Source: Candidatus Woesearchaeota archaeon
GTDB taxonomy: Archaea; Nanobdellota; Nanobdellia; Woesearchaeales; WAPY01
Reading direction: 5' to 3'
Length of the DNA: 64,000 bases
NCBI GenBank assembly: GCA_049700835.1
Contig: JBNAUL010000001.1
Span: 246,043 to 310,042 of the forward strand
Part shown: one piece after another, positions 1 to 10,165 of the stretch
Layout of the letters: each line of letters opens with the position of its first letter
Numbering within the stretch: position 1 is the first letter of the stretch
Program-made: the position numbers and the translations under genes
Notes under the pieces: model-generated
Seen by the model: only the letters and a program-made list of their open reading frames with translations
Databases searched by the model: none
What the model was told of the DNA's origin: nothing

Positions 1-174
1 AAAATCATTCTTTTCCTGATTGACATGATACTTGAATGTTTCTTCGTTCATCATCTTCAAATGTTCTAAAAGTTCATCAAGATTTTTTATTGTTGAACCA
101 TCACAAAGCCAAAAAACAAACTCTGGCTTGACATCCTTCAAAGCCTCTAACGCCTGAAATTTTGTTCTTATCAT
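1..174 (-). CDS. DUF5752-like domain protein (runs off the window edge)
   Basis: Manual translation MIRTKFQALEALKDVKPEFVFWLCDGSTIKNLDELLEHLKMMNEETFKYHVNQEKNDF..., with the DG..IKNL.EL / F..HVN..KNDF pattern; GAAGGTG RBS upstream of the ATG at 174. Confidence 0.7.
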   Translation of the reverse strand, partial: MIRTKFQALEALKDVKPEFVFWLCDGSTIKNLDELLEHLKMMNEETFKYHVNQEKNDF

Positions 175-272
175 GGATTAGCACCTTCTTTATTTTAATG
201 CATATTAATTATTTGTTGTAAAACAAAACTTTTAAATTTTTATATTCACTTAAAAGTTGATTAAAACAAAGA

Positions 273-569
273 TTATTTTCGTTGCCTGTTGTTTTTTCTG
301 AAAAAGGATTTTGTCATGTTTAAGATCCAATCAAAATGCAGGATTATGTGAATGGTCATCATTATGATTAAAATTATTCCTGAATAACTATGAAAATCCT
401 TTAAGGAACTTCTCTGCATACCCAAAAAATTAGTTCTGTAATTATGATTTCTTCCGCCTTGAAAACCTCCATTGCCCATGAAAAATATCACAACTCCAGT
501 AAAAGCGCAAACTAAAAACAGAACAATCATTGCTAAATCCAAAAAATAATTTATTCTTATTTTATTCAT
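273..569 (-). CDS. DUF4405-like small membrane protein (His-containing, cytochrome b-like)
   Basis: Two TM helices; H..SG and HIILHFDW motifs. Confidence 0.65.
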   Translation of the reverse strand: MNKIRINYFLDLAMIVLFLVCAFTGVVIFFMGNGGFQGGRNHNYRTNFLGMQRSSLKDFHSYSGIILIIMMTIHIILHFDWILNMTKSFFRKNNRQRK

Positions 570-693
570 AAATTATAAAAAATTGAAATTGTTTTTAAAA
601 GTTTTGAAAACTTAAAGTAACTTAAAAGTTATAAAAAATAAAGATTAAGTAATAACCGTTATACCGCATACTTATTATTTGTATTGTAAGTTA

Positions 694-793
694 NNNNNNN
701 NNNNNNNNNNNNNNNNNNNNNNNNNNNNNNNNNNNNNNNNNNNNNNNNNNNNNNNNNNNNNNNNNNNNNNNNNNNNNNNNNNNNNNNNNNNNN
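694..793. other. Assembly gap (100 N)
   Basis: Run of 100 N in the sequence. Confidence 1.
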
Positions 794-1153
794 AAATACA
801 ACAAACCAAGATCATTATAAAAAAAGGAGAATAGAAGAATTTAAGTACTTTCCTGAAATATAATTTTAACAGCTGTTGGAAGAAGAATCTTTGATAAAAT
901 AATTGCTGTTTATGATAAAGAACTAATTGTAATTCAATGCAAATATAATAAAAAACAAAAATATATACTTTCAGCTGTGTATTTGCCTGATAAGAATTCT
1001 TATAAATATAAAACAGATATCATCTTAGGAGGTGAACTTAAACTTTCAAAGGTAGAGCGTTTAAATGCTGAAGACAAAGATAAATTAACAAAAGGAAGAC
1101 TGGAAAATATTCTGCACGAAAAAGGATTTTACGGTTACTTAAATTTTTGGTAA
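794..1153 (+). pseudogene. Fragment of a possible PD-(D/E)xK nuclease-like gene
   Basis: Open frame 857-1153 lacking a start codon near its 5' end, reading ...FDKIIAVYDKELIVIQCKY...; preceded by an in-frame TGA, next to the gap. Confidence 0.35.
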
Positions 1154-1202
1154 TTTAAAATTATCTTAAACCACACAAAAACGGAAAATTTTTTAAGTTC
1201 TG

Positions 1203-2546
1203 TTGCAAATTACTTGGATTATGATAGAACTTAGGAGTGTTAGCGGATATGAAGAAGTTGGCAGGAACATGAGTGCTTTGAGAGTTGACAATTCTGTAAT
1301 TATTTTAGACATGGGCTTGGAATTGGAGGCTTATGTCAATTACATTGAAGACGAAGATGTAAATAAAATCAGCGTCAATGAATTGATAAAGAGCAGAGCA
1401 ATACCAGACATAAGCTATATAAGTGATTGGAGGAACGATGTTAGGGCAATACTATCAACGCACGCTCATTTAGACCACATCGGAGCAATGCCATTCTTAG
1501 CAGAGAACTTCAATGCTCCTATAATCGCATCTCCATACACAATAGAAGTTCTCAATAGGACAGCTACAGACAACGGACTAAAAATAAAAAACCCTTTGAA
1601 GAAGATAAATACGAATTCAAGAATAAAGATTGATGACAATTTAATGCTCGAATTCATAGGAGTTACTCATTCAACTCCGCAAACAGCAATGATTGCAATA
1701 CACACTCCAGAAGGCACAATAGTATATGCCAATGACTACAAGTTTGACAGCTATCCTATAATTGGAAAGAAGACGAACAAGGAAAGGTTAAAGGAGCTTG
1801 GAAACCAAGGGGTTCTTGCGCTCATTGTTGACAGCACAAGAGCTTCTGAACCAAGGAAAACGCCTTCAGAATCTGTTGCAAGGGTCATGCTTAGGGATGT
1901 GATGCTTGCAACTGACAACAGACGCAAGATTATGATAGTTACAACATTTTCATCTCACATAGCAAGATTAAAATCAATAGTAAGCTTTGGGGAGAGGTTG
2001 GGAAGGAAAATTGTTTTTTTAGGCAGAAGCTTGGCAAGGTATGTAAATGCTTCTGATTACCTGCAGATAAGTGATTTTTCAAAAAAAGCAACAGTAATTC
2101 CTTATGCTGACAGGATAAAGAAATTCTTGAGAGACATTAATGATTCAGAAAGAGGAGATTATCTTTTAGTTGTTACAGGGCACCAAGGCGAGCAGAATTC
2201 TGTTCTTTCAAGGATGGCAAACGGAACTTTCAAATTTGATTTTCATAGAGAGGACTCTGTAATATTTTCATGCACAACAATACCAACGCAGACAAATCTC
2301 AAGAACAGGGAAGTATTAGAAAAGGCATTGTTGAAGAAAAGGGTTAGATTGTTTAAAGATATTCATGTTTCAGGGCATGCTGCAAAAGAAGACCATAGAG
2401 ATTTAATAAACATGCTGAAACCAAAACACATAATACCAACTCACGGAAACTTTGAAATGGCTAAAAAATTAGAAGAATTAGCAGTTGAGATGGAATACAA
2501 AAACATACACATTTTGGGTAACCAAAATTCAATAACTCTAAAATAA
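1203..2546 (+). CDS. rnj: Ribonuclease J (MBL/beta-CASP); likely start ATG 1221
   Basis: GYEEVGRNM, THAHLDHIG, VTHSTP, HVSGHA, PTHG motifs. Confidence 0.9.
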   Translation: MQITWIMIELRSVSGYEEVGRNMSALRVDNSVIILDMGLELEAYVNYIEDEDVNKISVNELIKSRAIPDISYISDWRNDVRAILSTHAHLDHIGAMPFLAENFNAPIIASPYTIEVLNRTATDNGLKIKNPLKKINTNSRIKIDDNLMLEFIGVTHSTPQTAMIAIHTPEGTIVYANDYKFDSYPIIGKKTNKERLKELGNQGVLALIVDSTRASEPRKTPSESVARVMLRDVMLATDNRRKIMIVTTFSSHIARLKSIVSFGERLGRKIVFLGRSLARYVNASDYLQISDFSKKATVIPYADRIKKFLRDINDSERGDYLLVVTGHQGEQNSVLSRMANGTFKFDFHREDSVIFSCTTIPTQTNLKNREVLEKALLKKRVRLFKDIHVSGHAAKEDHRDLINMLKPKHIIPTHGNFEMAKKLEELAVEMEYKNIHILGNQNSITLK

Positions 2547-2570
2547 AAATAAACAAAAGAGGTTTTTGCA

Positions 2571-2837
2571 ATGGCTGAAAAAAAAGAAGATAAAACAAAA
2601 GAAACAAACATGGTTTCAAAAGAAGAAGAAATTGGATTTCACAAAGGAGCTTTGACAACCCTTGCAAAGGAAAGGCAGGAATTCATAAGATTGTTAGGGG
2701 TTGTTGAGCAGTTGATGAAATTGCACATTGAGTCGTTAAAGAAATTAGGAGTTGATTTGGAAAAAGAAGCATCTGAAATTCAGAAGAGCGAGAAAAAAGA
2801 GAAGAAGGAAAAGAAACCTTTGGATGAAGTTCTTTGA
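2571..2837 (+). CDS. Hypothetical coiled-coil protein
   Basis: 88-aa ORF with GAGGT RBS, follows rnj on the same strand. Confidence 0.75.
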   Translation: MAEKKEDKTKETNMVSKEEEIGFHKGALTTLAKERQEFIRLLGVVEQLMKLHIESLKKLGVDLEKEASEIQKSEKKEKKEKKPLDEVL

Positions 2838-2878
2838 GTTTTCTTTTTTGTTTTTTTTTAAAACAATAAAATTTATTA

Positions 2879-3556
2879 ATGCAATTCATTTTATTGCACT
2901 TTATGAATATTTTTGAAGTAATTGAGAGGAGAAGGAGCATAAGAAATTATTCTGAAGAACCTGTAGAGTGGGATAAGGTTGTTAAAATCTTGGAATCAGC
3001 AATAAAAGCACCTTCTTCAGGCAATGTTCAAAATTGGAGGTTTGTAATAGTAACTGATAAAAATTTAAGGGCAAAACTTGCAGAAGCTTCTTTGCAACAG
3101 TATTGGATGGAAAAAGCTCCAATCCATATTGTTGTTTGTTCTGAAAATTTTATGGTGAAAAAGCTTTATGGCGAGCGCGGGGAAAAACTCTATGCAATAC
3201 AAAACTGCGCTGCCGCGATACAGAACATGCTCTTGACAGCAACCGCCTTAGGGCTTGGCAGTTGTTGGGTTGGAGCCTTTGAGGATGAAGCGGTTGCTAG
3301 GATTCTCGGGATTTCAGGAGATGTTACAATACAGGCAATAATCACTCTTGGCTACTCCCATGAAAAGCCTTCAACGCCTATGCACATTACATTGGAAGAT
3401 GTTTGCTATTTTGAAAAGTATAAAAACAAGATTAAGGATATTGATACTGTTCTCTGGAACTTCAATGTTGTTGGCAAGGCAGTAAAATCAACTAAGAATT
3501 TTGGTTTAAAAATAACTGAGAAACTAAAGAGACGCTTGAAGCAAAAGAACAAATAA
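2879..3556 (+). CDS. Nitroreductase family protein (likely start 2903)
   Basis: RRSIRNY, APSSGNVQNW, QNMLLTATALGLGSCWVG motifs. Confidence 0.9.
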   Translation: MQFILLHFMNIFEVIERRRSIRNYSEEPVEWDKVVKILESAIKAPSSGNVQNWRFVIVTDKNLRAKLAEASLQQYWMEKAPIHIVVCSENFMVKKLYGERGEKLYAIQNCAAAIQNMLLTATALGLGSCWVGAFEDEAVARILGISGDVTIQAIITLGYSHEKPSTPMHITLEDVCYFEKYKNKIKDIDTVLWNFNVVGKAVKSTKNFGLKITEKLKRRLKQKNK

Positions 3557-3616
3557 ACCACAGGACAATTCTTAAAAACAAATTTTTAAATAGTAATTCC
3601 AAAATAAGAGAACATA

Positions 3617-5518
3617 ATGCTGGATTTTGATTCTTCGGATAAAGAAACCAACGAACTTGAATTTTTCCCTTTTGAAAAACTAAGGCCTGAACAGGAAAGG
3701 ATGATTCTTGACATAGCAAATGCTATTAAGAAAAAAAGAAACATTCTCATAAACGCTCCAACAGGGATTGGAAAGACAATAGCGGCATTGACGCCTTGCT
3801 TGAAGCTGATTTCAAAAAATCCTGAAATGAAGATTTTGTTCTTGACATCGAGACACACGCAACACCAAATTGTAGTAGAAACAATAATGAAAATAAACAA
3901 AATTCTTAAAAAGGATTTCAAAGTCGCGAGCGTTTTTGGCAAGAAAAACCTTTGTTCTTTTGAGGCAGTAAACTTCACCAACTCCGAATTTCTGGATTAC
4001 TGCAAAAAACTCAGGGAGTCCAAAAAGTGTTTTTTTTACTCAAATGTTTATGAAGCAAAGAACAACAAAATCTTTTCAGAAACAGCAAGCTCTGCAATGA
4101 ACTATCTCGCAAAGAATTTTGAGCAGGTTGAAAGTTTAAAGGATTTTTGCAAGGCAAGGAATCTCTGCACTTATGAAATTTCTTGCGCTCTTGCAAGGAA
4201 GGCAAATGTAATTGTTTTGGACTACAATTATGTTTTCAACGATTCAATAAGAGAGGGCTTTTTCAAGAAGATAAATGCCTCGCTTAAAAACTCGGTTTTG
4301 ATAATAGACGAAGCACACAACCTGCACGAAAGATTGAAAGAAATCCTAAGCCAAAGGATAAGCAGCAAAACGATACGGCTTGCAAAGAAAGAGGCAGAGA
4401 GATTTAATTTTGATTTTCAAAACGAACTCAATGTTTTGGAGGAATTCTTCAGCAAGGAAGCATCTTTGATAAAAGAGAAAAACTTCAACGAAAGGCTGAT
4501 ACCAAATAACAAGCTCATAGAATGCGTAGAGTCATTTGACAAAGATTCAAGTTTTGAAGAGTTTGCAAATCTTTTTTATTTGTATGGAGAAAGGGTTAGG
4601 GAATTAGAAAACAGGAGTTTCATTGGAAGAATAGCGGATTTTTTATTTTTATTAAAGCAAACGCACAAGTCTGAAGCATTCATAACAGTTTTAAAGAAAA
4701 TGGATGATGTTTTATTCTTAAATTACACCTGCTTGGATCCATCAGTCCTGAGCGAGAAAATACTTAACGATGCGTTTTTTGTCATTGCAATGAGTGCAAC
4801 CCTTAATCCTCCTGAGATGTTTAGAAAGATATTGGGTTTTAAGAATACTGAGATTAAATCCTACAAAAACCCTTTTCCAAAGAAGAACAGATTAACTCTT
4901 GTTATTCCAAAAACAACGACAAAGTACGATTTCAGGAACGAGCAGGAGTTTATCAAAAATGCAATGATTATCTCAAGCATAATGGAAATTGTTCCTGGAA
5001 GGATGCTTGTTTTTTTTCCGAGCTACTACATAATGAAGAGGATTTCTTCATTCATAAAATTTCCTGCTAAAAAATTGTTTTTTGAAAATCAGAGAATGAG
5101 TAAGGAAGAAAAGAAAAGGCTAATTGAAGAATTTCTAAGTTATAAAAACTCTGCGCTTTTTGGAGTGATAAGGGCCTCTTTTTCAGAGGGAATAGATCTT
5201 CCAAACAAATTGAAAGCAGTGGTTGTTGTAGGAATTCCTTTAGAACCTCCAAGTTCAGAAGTGAAGAAAGTAATAAGTTATTATGACAAAAAATTTGGAA
5301 ATGGATTACAGTATGGCTACATTATACCAACAATAAATAAGACAATACAAGCAGCTGGAAGATGTATACGAACAGAGAAGGATAAAGGTGCTTTGATTTT
5401 TATTGACAGAAGGTATTTGTCAAAATTTTACAATTCATTCTTTCCAAAGGATTGGGAAATCAAGGTTGGTTTTGATTTTGAAAACGAACTTAAAAAGTTT
5501 TTTAGAGAAGAAAATTAA
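3617..5518 (+). CDS. xpd: XPD/Rad3/DinG-family SF2 DNA helicase (Fe-S)
   Basis: Q motif LRPEQ, APTGIGKT, Fe-S cysteines, IDEAH, SAT, QAAGRCIR. Confidence 0.9.
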   Translation: MLDFDSSDKETNELEFFPFEKLRPEQERMILDIANAIKKKRNILINAPTGIGKTIAALTPCLKLISKNPEMKILFLTSRHTQHQIVVETIMKINKILKKDFKVASVFGKKNLCSFEAVNFTNSEFLDYCKKLRESKKCFFYSNVYEAKNNKIFSETASSAMNYLAKNFEQVESLKDFCKARNLCTYEISCALARKANVIVLDYNYVFNDSIREGFFKKINASLKNSVLIIDEAHNLHERLKEILSQRISSKTIRLAKKEAERFNFDFQNELNVLEEFFSKEASLIKEKNFNERLIPNNKLIECVESFDKDSSFEEFANLFYLYGERVRELENRSFIGRIADFLFLLKQTHKSEAFITVLKKMDDVLFLNYTCLDPSVLSEKILNDAFFVIAMSATLNPPEMFRKILGFKNTEIKSYKNPFPKKNRLTLVIPKTTTKYDFRNEQEFIKNAMIISSIMEIVPGRMLVFFPSYYIMKRISSFIKFPAKKLFFENQRMSKEEKKRLIEEFLSYKNSALFGVIRASFSEGIDLPNKLKAVVVVGIPLEPPSSEVKKVISYYDKKFGNGLQYGYIIPTINKTIQAAGRCIRTEKDKGALIFIDRRYLSKFYNSFFPKDWEIKVGFDFENELKKFFREEN

Positions 5519-5946
5519 AATATATTCTTTAAAACATGTTTTTTGATATATAAAAACCTAAGAATATTAAATATAATAATATATAAAAAAGTATTTCAGT
5601 ATACAAATTAGTAACATTTAAATATAAGTTATGCTTTATAATCTTTAATAAGGCGAAGCAAGCAAAAAATTCTTGCAAAACAAGCCCTAAAATCAAGCTT
5701 TCTGAAATGTTTTAAACAAGCGCTCAAAAGCAAGAAGACAGTAGCAATGCAAGCCCATAGTTGTAGGTTCAGCAAATAAGAGATAAAACAAGCATTGAAA
5801 TTTTTATGAACAGTATTTGAATAGACTAAATTAAAATGTATTTAATTAGTTAGTAAACCTTAGTTAGCAAACTAAGAAATCAAAGCAAGAATCATAATCA
5901 ATTATAATAAAGGATTTCAATAATCACAATCCCAATCAAGGTTAAA

Positions 5947-6960
5947 ATGATACAAAGCAGTTATGCAGAAGAAAGGATTGAAAAGATAATAAACAACAAT
6001 TCAATATTTGCAATTGCTTTAAAAGAGGTAATTCCAAAAACAAACGAGATTAAGGAGCCAAAGAGGGAATACAACGAACTGAAAAACGCTCCTGTCAGAA
6101 CACTTGATTTTTATGTTTCAAAGAAAAACAACATTGATGAAATTTTAGGCAGAACAGCAGCTCAGATTGCAATTGAAATAGGAGCAAATTGCGTTGTTTC
6201 TTTTAAAAAAATAAACAGCGAAGTTCAGAATGAAGATAGGATACCTATAAAAGTCAGTGTTTTCAAAAAGGATTTTGATTTCAAAAAGATAGAATATGAA
6301 ACAAAGGTTAAAAAGGAAGTGCTTGGCTCAATAAACCAGACTAAGGAAATTCTGATTGAAGCTGTCAATAAAAAATTCATAAAGAACGGAGATAGAGTTG
6401 TTTGCGTTCAGGACCAGAGTTTAGGAACAGGGTTTCATGGCCTAATATTTGTTTTTGATGTTGACAAGTTATTCTTTAATATAAGCTCCTACAGGCTGAC
6501 AGAAAATATTGATCCAGAAGTTATAAAATCAGTAATAAATCTTGCTTTGGAAATAGGAAAAGAAGGAAGGGAAGGAAAACACATAGGAACAGCGTTCATA
6601 ATAGGACCTCAGGAGGAGATCTTGAAGTATTCAAAACAAATGATTCTCAATCCTTTCAATGGTTATCCAGAAAGCATGAGGAAGATAATTGACGAGGACC
6701 TGAAAGAAACAATAAAGAATTTCGCGCAACTTGATGGGGTTTTTATAATAAACAATGACGGCACGATAGTATCAGCAGGAACATACATTGAGGCAAACAC
6801 AAACATAGAAGAAGTTAAAAACCTTAAGGGATTTGGAACAAGGCACTTGTGCTCAGCAGCAATAACAAAGCTCACAAAATCCATCGCAGTTGTTGTTTCT
6901 GAATCAGGAGGGGTTGTGAGGGTTTTCAAGAATGGAAAGATAATATTAACTCTATCATAA
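5947..6960 (+). CDS. dacZ: Diadenylate cyclase (DisA_N/DAC domain), archaeal DacZ-like
   Basis: [31 protein letters not shown] motifs; N-terminal extension. Confidence 0.85.
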   Translation: MIQSSYAEERIEKIINNNSIFAIALKEVIPKTNEIKEPKREYNELKNAPVRTLDFYVSKKNNIDEILGRTAAQIAIEIGANCVVSFKKINSEVQNEDRIPIKVSVFKKDFDFKKIEYETKVKKEVLGSINQTKEILIEAVNKKFIKNGDRVVCVQDQSLGTGFHGLIFVFDVDKLFFNISSYRLTENIDPEVIKSVINLALEIGKEGREGKHIGTAFIIGPQEEILKYSKQMILNPFNGYPESMRKIIDEDLKETIKNFAQLDGVFIINNDGTIVSAGTYIEANTNIEEVKNLKGFGTRHLCSAAITKLTKSIAVVVSESGGVVRVFKNGKIILTLS

Positions 6961-6962
6961 AG

Positions 6963-7030
6963 AGCAGGGGTTAGAATTCCACAGCAAAAGCTATCGCCCC
7001 TGCTTCACAATTTATTTTTTTATTTCTTAT
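6963..7030 (+). terminator. Hairpin plus T-tract downstream of dacZ
   Basis: AGCAGGGG (6963-6970) pairs with CCCCTGCT (6997-7004), followed by T-rich run. Confidence 0.45.
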
Positions 7031-7214
7031 ATTTTATAAGCAGATTTTAAACATTGTATCTTCTAAGGATGTGTTTAACTTGTTTTAGCTCTGAATGTTA
7101 TCTAACAACTAATACAAAAAGATTTAAATAATCAACACTTGTTTTTATAATCTCAATCTGTTTAATGCGCAATAAACTCAAAATTAAAAAATCAAAAATA
7201 AAAAATAAAAAAAG

Positions 7215-8945
7215 GTGAATTTTATGGAAAGAACAAATTCCTCAAGCTTTCTGTTTTTATCAATTGCAATTTTTGTCTTGGTTTTTGTTCTAAAAGATTC
7301 AAACGCATACACTGTTGAAAGGAACAATGTGACATTTGTTGCAGGTGGAAATGTTTATGTTGATTTAAAATTCTCAACAACAGGATATCATTTGAAAGAT
7401 GGCTACGATAATTTAGTTCCCAATAATTCCTATGTTTGCAACAAGGAGAATTACCTGAAAGCGCTGAAGGACGATTTTTATGATTACTATGAAGGAGACA
7501 GCAATGGAGAATGGTACTTCAACGGAGGATCAGTTGGAAGCCCTGAAATAACATTTGATGAAGAAATTTTCAAAATACTCAGCGATTTGGTTCAATGCAG
7601 AAGTGGAATGGAAACTTGCAACAATTATACTTTTCAAGGCGCAACCCACGAGAATTGTTATATCTATGGTCCAGGAGATTTAATTTTTAATGGGAAGAGA
7701 ACAGGATGCAATGTTCAGTGTTCAAAGAAAGATGGGGTTTTTATGTGGGGAACAGCTTATTGCCCAGAGGGACTCTATTCTGACTGGAACGCATTCTTTG
7801 AAAACAGAATAAAATTCAGCAATGTTCAGATAAACTCTGGCTGGAACAACGATAACGGAATAAGGCCTTTTGCAGTAATATGCAAAAGTGATTTTGAAGG
7901 AATAAAATGCTTGGCATTGATAACAGGAATTCACAATGATCTAAGGGTTCTCTGGCCTAAAGACCATCTTGAGGATCTGCTCGTTGTAAAGAATGAAATG
8001 CTGGAAAAAGCAGAATTTCTCAAAGGCAGCGAAATAAAGAGTTTTGAAGACTTGATTGAAAATTATAACATCACAGATGCTTCTGATTTAAAACCTGGAC
8101 TGAAAATTAAAAATACCAATGTTTCCCTGACATTTGATTCCGCTGTTCTTTCTTTTAATTTGGTTAATGATGGAGAACTGCCATTAAAAATAACAGAGGT
8201 TATTGTCAAGGATTCTAAGGGCAAAGAGCGCAATGTTCAGGATTTGACAAATAATCTCTTTGAAGAACTTGATTTAAACCAAAACAGGAGCGTTTCCCTG
8301 CTCTTAAAAGATGAAATATGCGATCTCAAGGGAGAAGAATTGAGTTTGATAATAAAATATCAGGCAGAAAATTTCATCTGCAACTATACAGTAAACTCAG
8401 AAGCTGAAAGCAAATTCGAGATTAATGAAAAGAGCGTGCTCAACTTTGAGAGGAAGGTGTTTTATCCTGACTATGATTTCTATGTTTATTCAAAAGAACC
8501 AAAGAAGAACTTTGACAACAGAATAGACCTGCATGTAGGCAACAAAGAAGGAATAATGAGAAGTTATGTGCACTATGACATCTCAGAAATAAAGAGAGAA
8601 AACCTTGTTAGAGCATACCTTAAATTAACTTCCTTTGAAAACTCAAGTTTAGGTGAAGTGAGTTTAAATTCAATACCAAACGACTGGAATTTTGGAAAGG
8701 TATCTTTTGTTGTCAAGCCAAAAACAGGAAGTTTGCTTGAAAAAAAGAACATAACATCAGGGGCAAACAATTTTGATATTACAGAATATGTCAAGAGCGG
8801 TAGAGGATTTGGTTTTGAAATAAAGGCTTATGACGAATCCATTGATCAGGACATAGTTTTTTATGCATTAGAATCAGACAAGAAACCAAAGATAATATTA
8901 TACTACACAGGGGAGGGAATAACCCTGAAAGAACTTTGCAAGTAA
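7215..8945 (+). CDS. Secreted/surface protein: Cys-rich N-terminus, Ig-like middle, C-terminal DNRLRE/CBM96-like domain
   Basis: N-terminal hydrophobic signal; NFD....L.VG, RSYVHYDIS, AYLKL, FDIT.YV, KPKIIL pattern. Confidence 0.6.
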   Translation: MNFMERTNSSSFLFLSIAIFVLVFVLKDSNAYTVERNNVTFVAGGNVYVDLKFSTTGYHLKDGYDNLVPNNSYVCNKENYLKALKDDFYDYYEGDSNGEWYFNGGSVGSPEITFDEEIFKILSDLVQCRSGMETCNNYTFQGATHENCYIYGPGDLIFNGKRTGCNVQCSKKDGVFMWGTAYCPEGLYSDWNAFFENRIKFSNVQINSGWNNDNGIRPFAVICKSDFEGIKCLALITGIHNDLRVLWPKDHLEDLLVVKNEMLEKAEFLKGSEIKSFEDLIENYNITDASDLKPGLKIKNTNVSLTFDSAVLSFNLVNDGELPLKITEVIVKDSKGKERNVQDLTNNLFEELDLNQNRSVSLLLKDEICDLKGEELSLIIKYQAENFICNYTVNSEAESKFEINEKSVLNFERKVFYPDYDFYVYSKEPKKNFDNRIDLHVGNKEGIMRSYVHYDISEIKRENLVRAYLKLTSFENSSLGEVSLNSIPNDWNFGKVSFVVKPKTGSLLEKKNITSGANNFDITEYVKSGRGFGFEIKAYDESIDQDIVFYALESDKKPKIILYYTGEGITLKELCK

Positions 8946-8992
8946 AAAGTGAATTGAAGAATTTTGGAATTGCGCATTTATTTTCTTTAATC

Positions 8993-9265
8993 TTATCTTA
9001 TGTCAAAAAAACTGTATTCCTTTTCAGGATTTATTTCTTCAACCCTGAAATCCTCAACATAGGCGAACAAAGGGCCTCTCTTGCATTCCTTTATAAACAG
9101 TTCAAGATTTTTTTCATCACTACTTTGCGCTACTATTTCAAGAGTTCCGTTGCTCAAATTTCTAGCAACGCCCTTTATTCCATGCATTTGGGCTTTCTGC
9201 CTTGCAAACAATCTGAAACCAACACCCTGAACTCTTCCAGATATTGTAATTTTTACTGTCTTCAT
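8993..9265 (-). CDS. acyP: Acylphosphatase
   Basis: ISGRVQGVGFR, G.ARNLSNG.LE motifs. Confidence 0.95.
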   Translation of the reverse strand: MKTVKITISGRVQGVGFRLFARQKAQMHGIKGVARNLSNGTLEIVAQSSDEKNLELFIKECKRGPLFAYVEDFRVEEINPEKEYSFFDIR

Positions 9266-9941
9266 AAAGAAAGGTTAATCTTTAGAATTTAAAAAATTTT
9301 AGTTAAAAATCAAGAATTGCAGCAAAATTTCAGCATTTCAGCAACAGAGTTTTTTCTAACGATGTTTTTTTGATTTAAATTTTTTCAAAACAACAAATGC
9401 ATTTTAATCATTTCAATGAAATTTTTTTGCGATATGTTTTAAGGATAAAAAGGCACAATTGAAATAACTGCTTTTTAGTACATTGTTAAAAATTGTTAAA
9501 ATGAAATTAAAAAAGGGTTAATATTTTAAATTTAACATTTAACCTTGCATCAAAGATTTTTATGAACCTTATAAAAGTCGCTTAGCTATTTTTTACTTAA
9601 CTAAAAATTAAAAACAAAAATTTAAAAGTTAAATCATTGAAAATATTCAAGCAGAATTTTGATTGCATAGTTGCATGGTTTATAAAATATTCACTGCTCG
9701 TGAACTTTTACTTAAACTAACTTAAACTATGTAAAGAAAAATTATAAGGAGAACAAATTACAAAAAGAACACTCCTGATTTATTATTTTGATGCATTTTT
9801 AAGCATCTAAGTTTAGGCATTGAGCGCATTATAAAGCAAACTATGCTTCTGCAAATTTTCTAATCTCTTCTACACATCATTTATTTAACTCATCAAAGTG
9901 CTAAAATCAAAAAGGTATTTATAATATTTATAATGTATTTC

Positions 9942-10049
9942 TTAATAATAAGGGACAATCTTCCTGTTGTTCTTTGTTGCTTTGATGCTTAATTCCTTCA
10001 TCCTTTCAAAGAACAATCTTTCAATAGTTTCTTTGCTGAGATCAATCAT
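9942..10049 (-). CDS. Small hypothetical protein (35 aa, not in ORF track)
   Basis: MIDLSKETIERLFFERMKELSIKATKNNRKIVPYY; GGTGA RBS 5 nt upstream and a TATA-like element further up. Confidence 0.5.
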   Translation of the reverse strand: MIDLSKETIERLFFERMKELSIKATKNNRKIVPYY

Positions 10050-10165
10050 TTTAATCACCAAGAAAATCTTAAGAAGTTATGCTTTTTATAGTTTATACGC
10101 AGGAATGTCCTGTGGTTTTTGTACAGTGCTTTTGCTTCTGCTATTTTGGTCTTTTTTTGCTTTAA

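Noticed and set aside
9266..9941. Replication origin or ncRNA in the long AT-rich intergenic region
   Set aside because: No ORB-like G-string repeats, no adjacent cdc6/orc1, and no GC-rich structured segment recognised.
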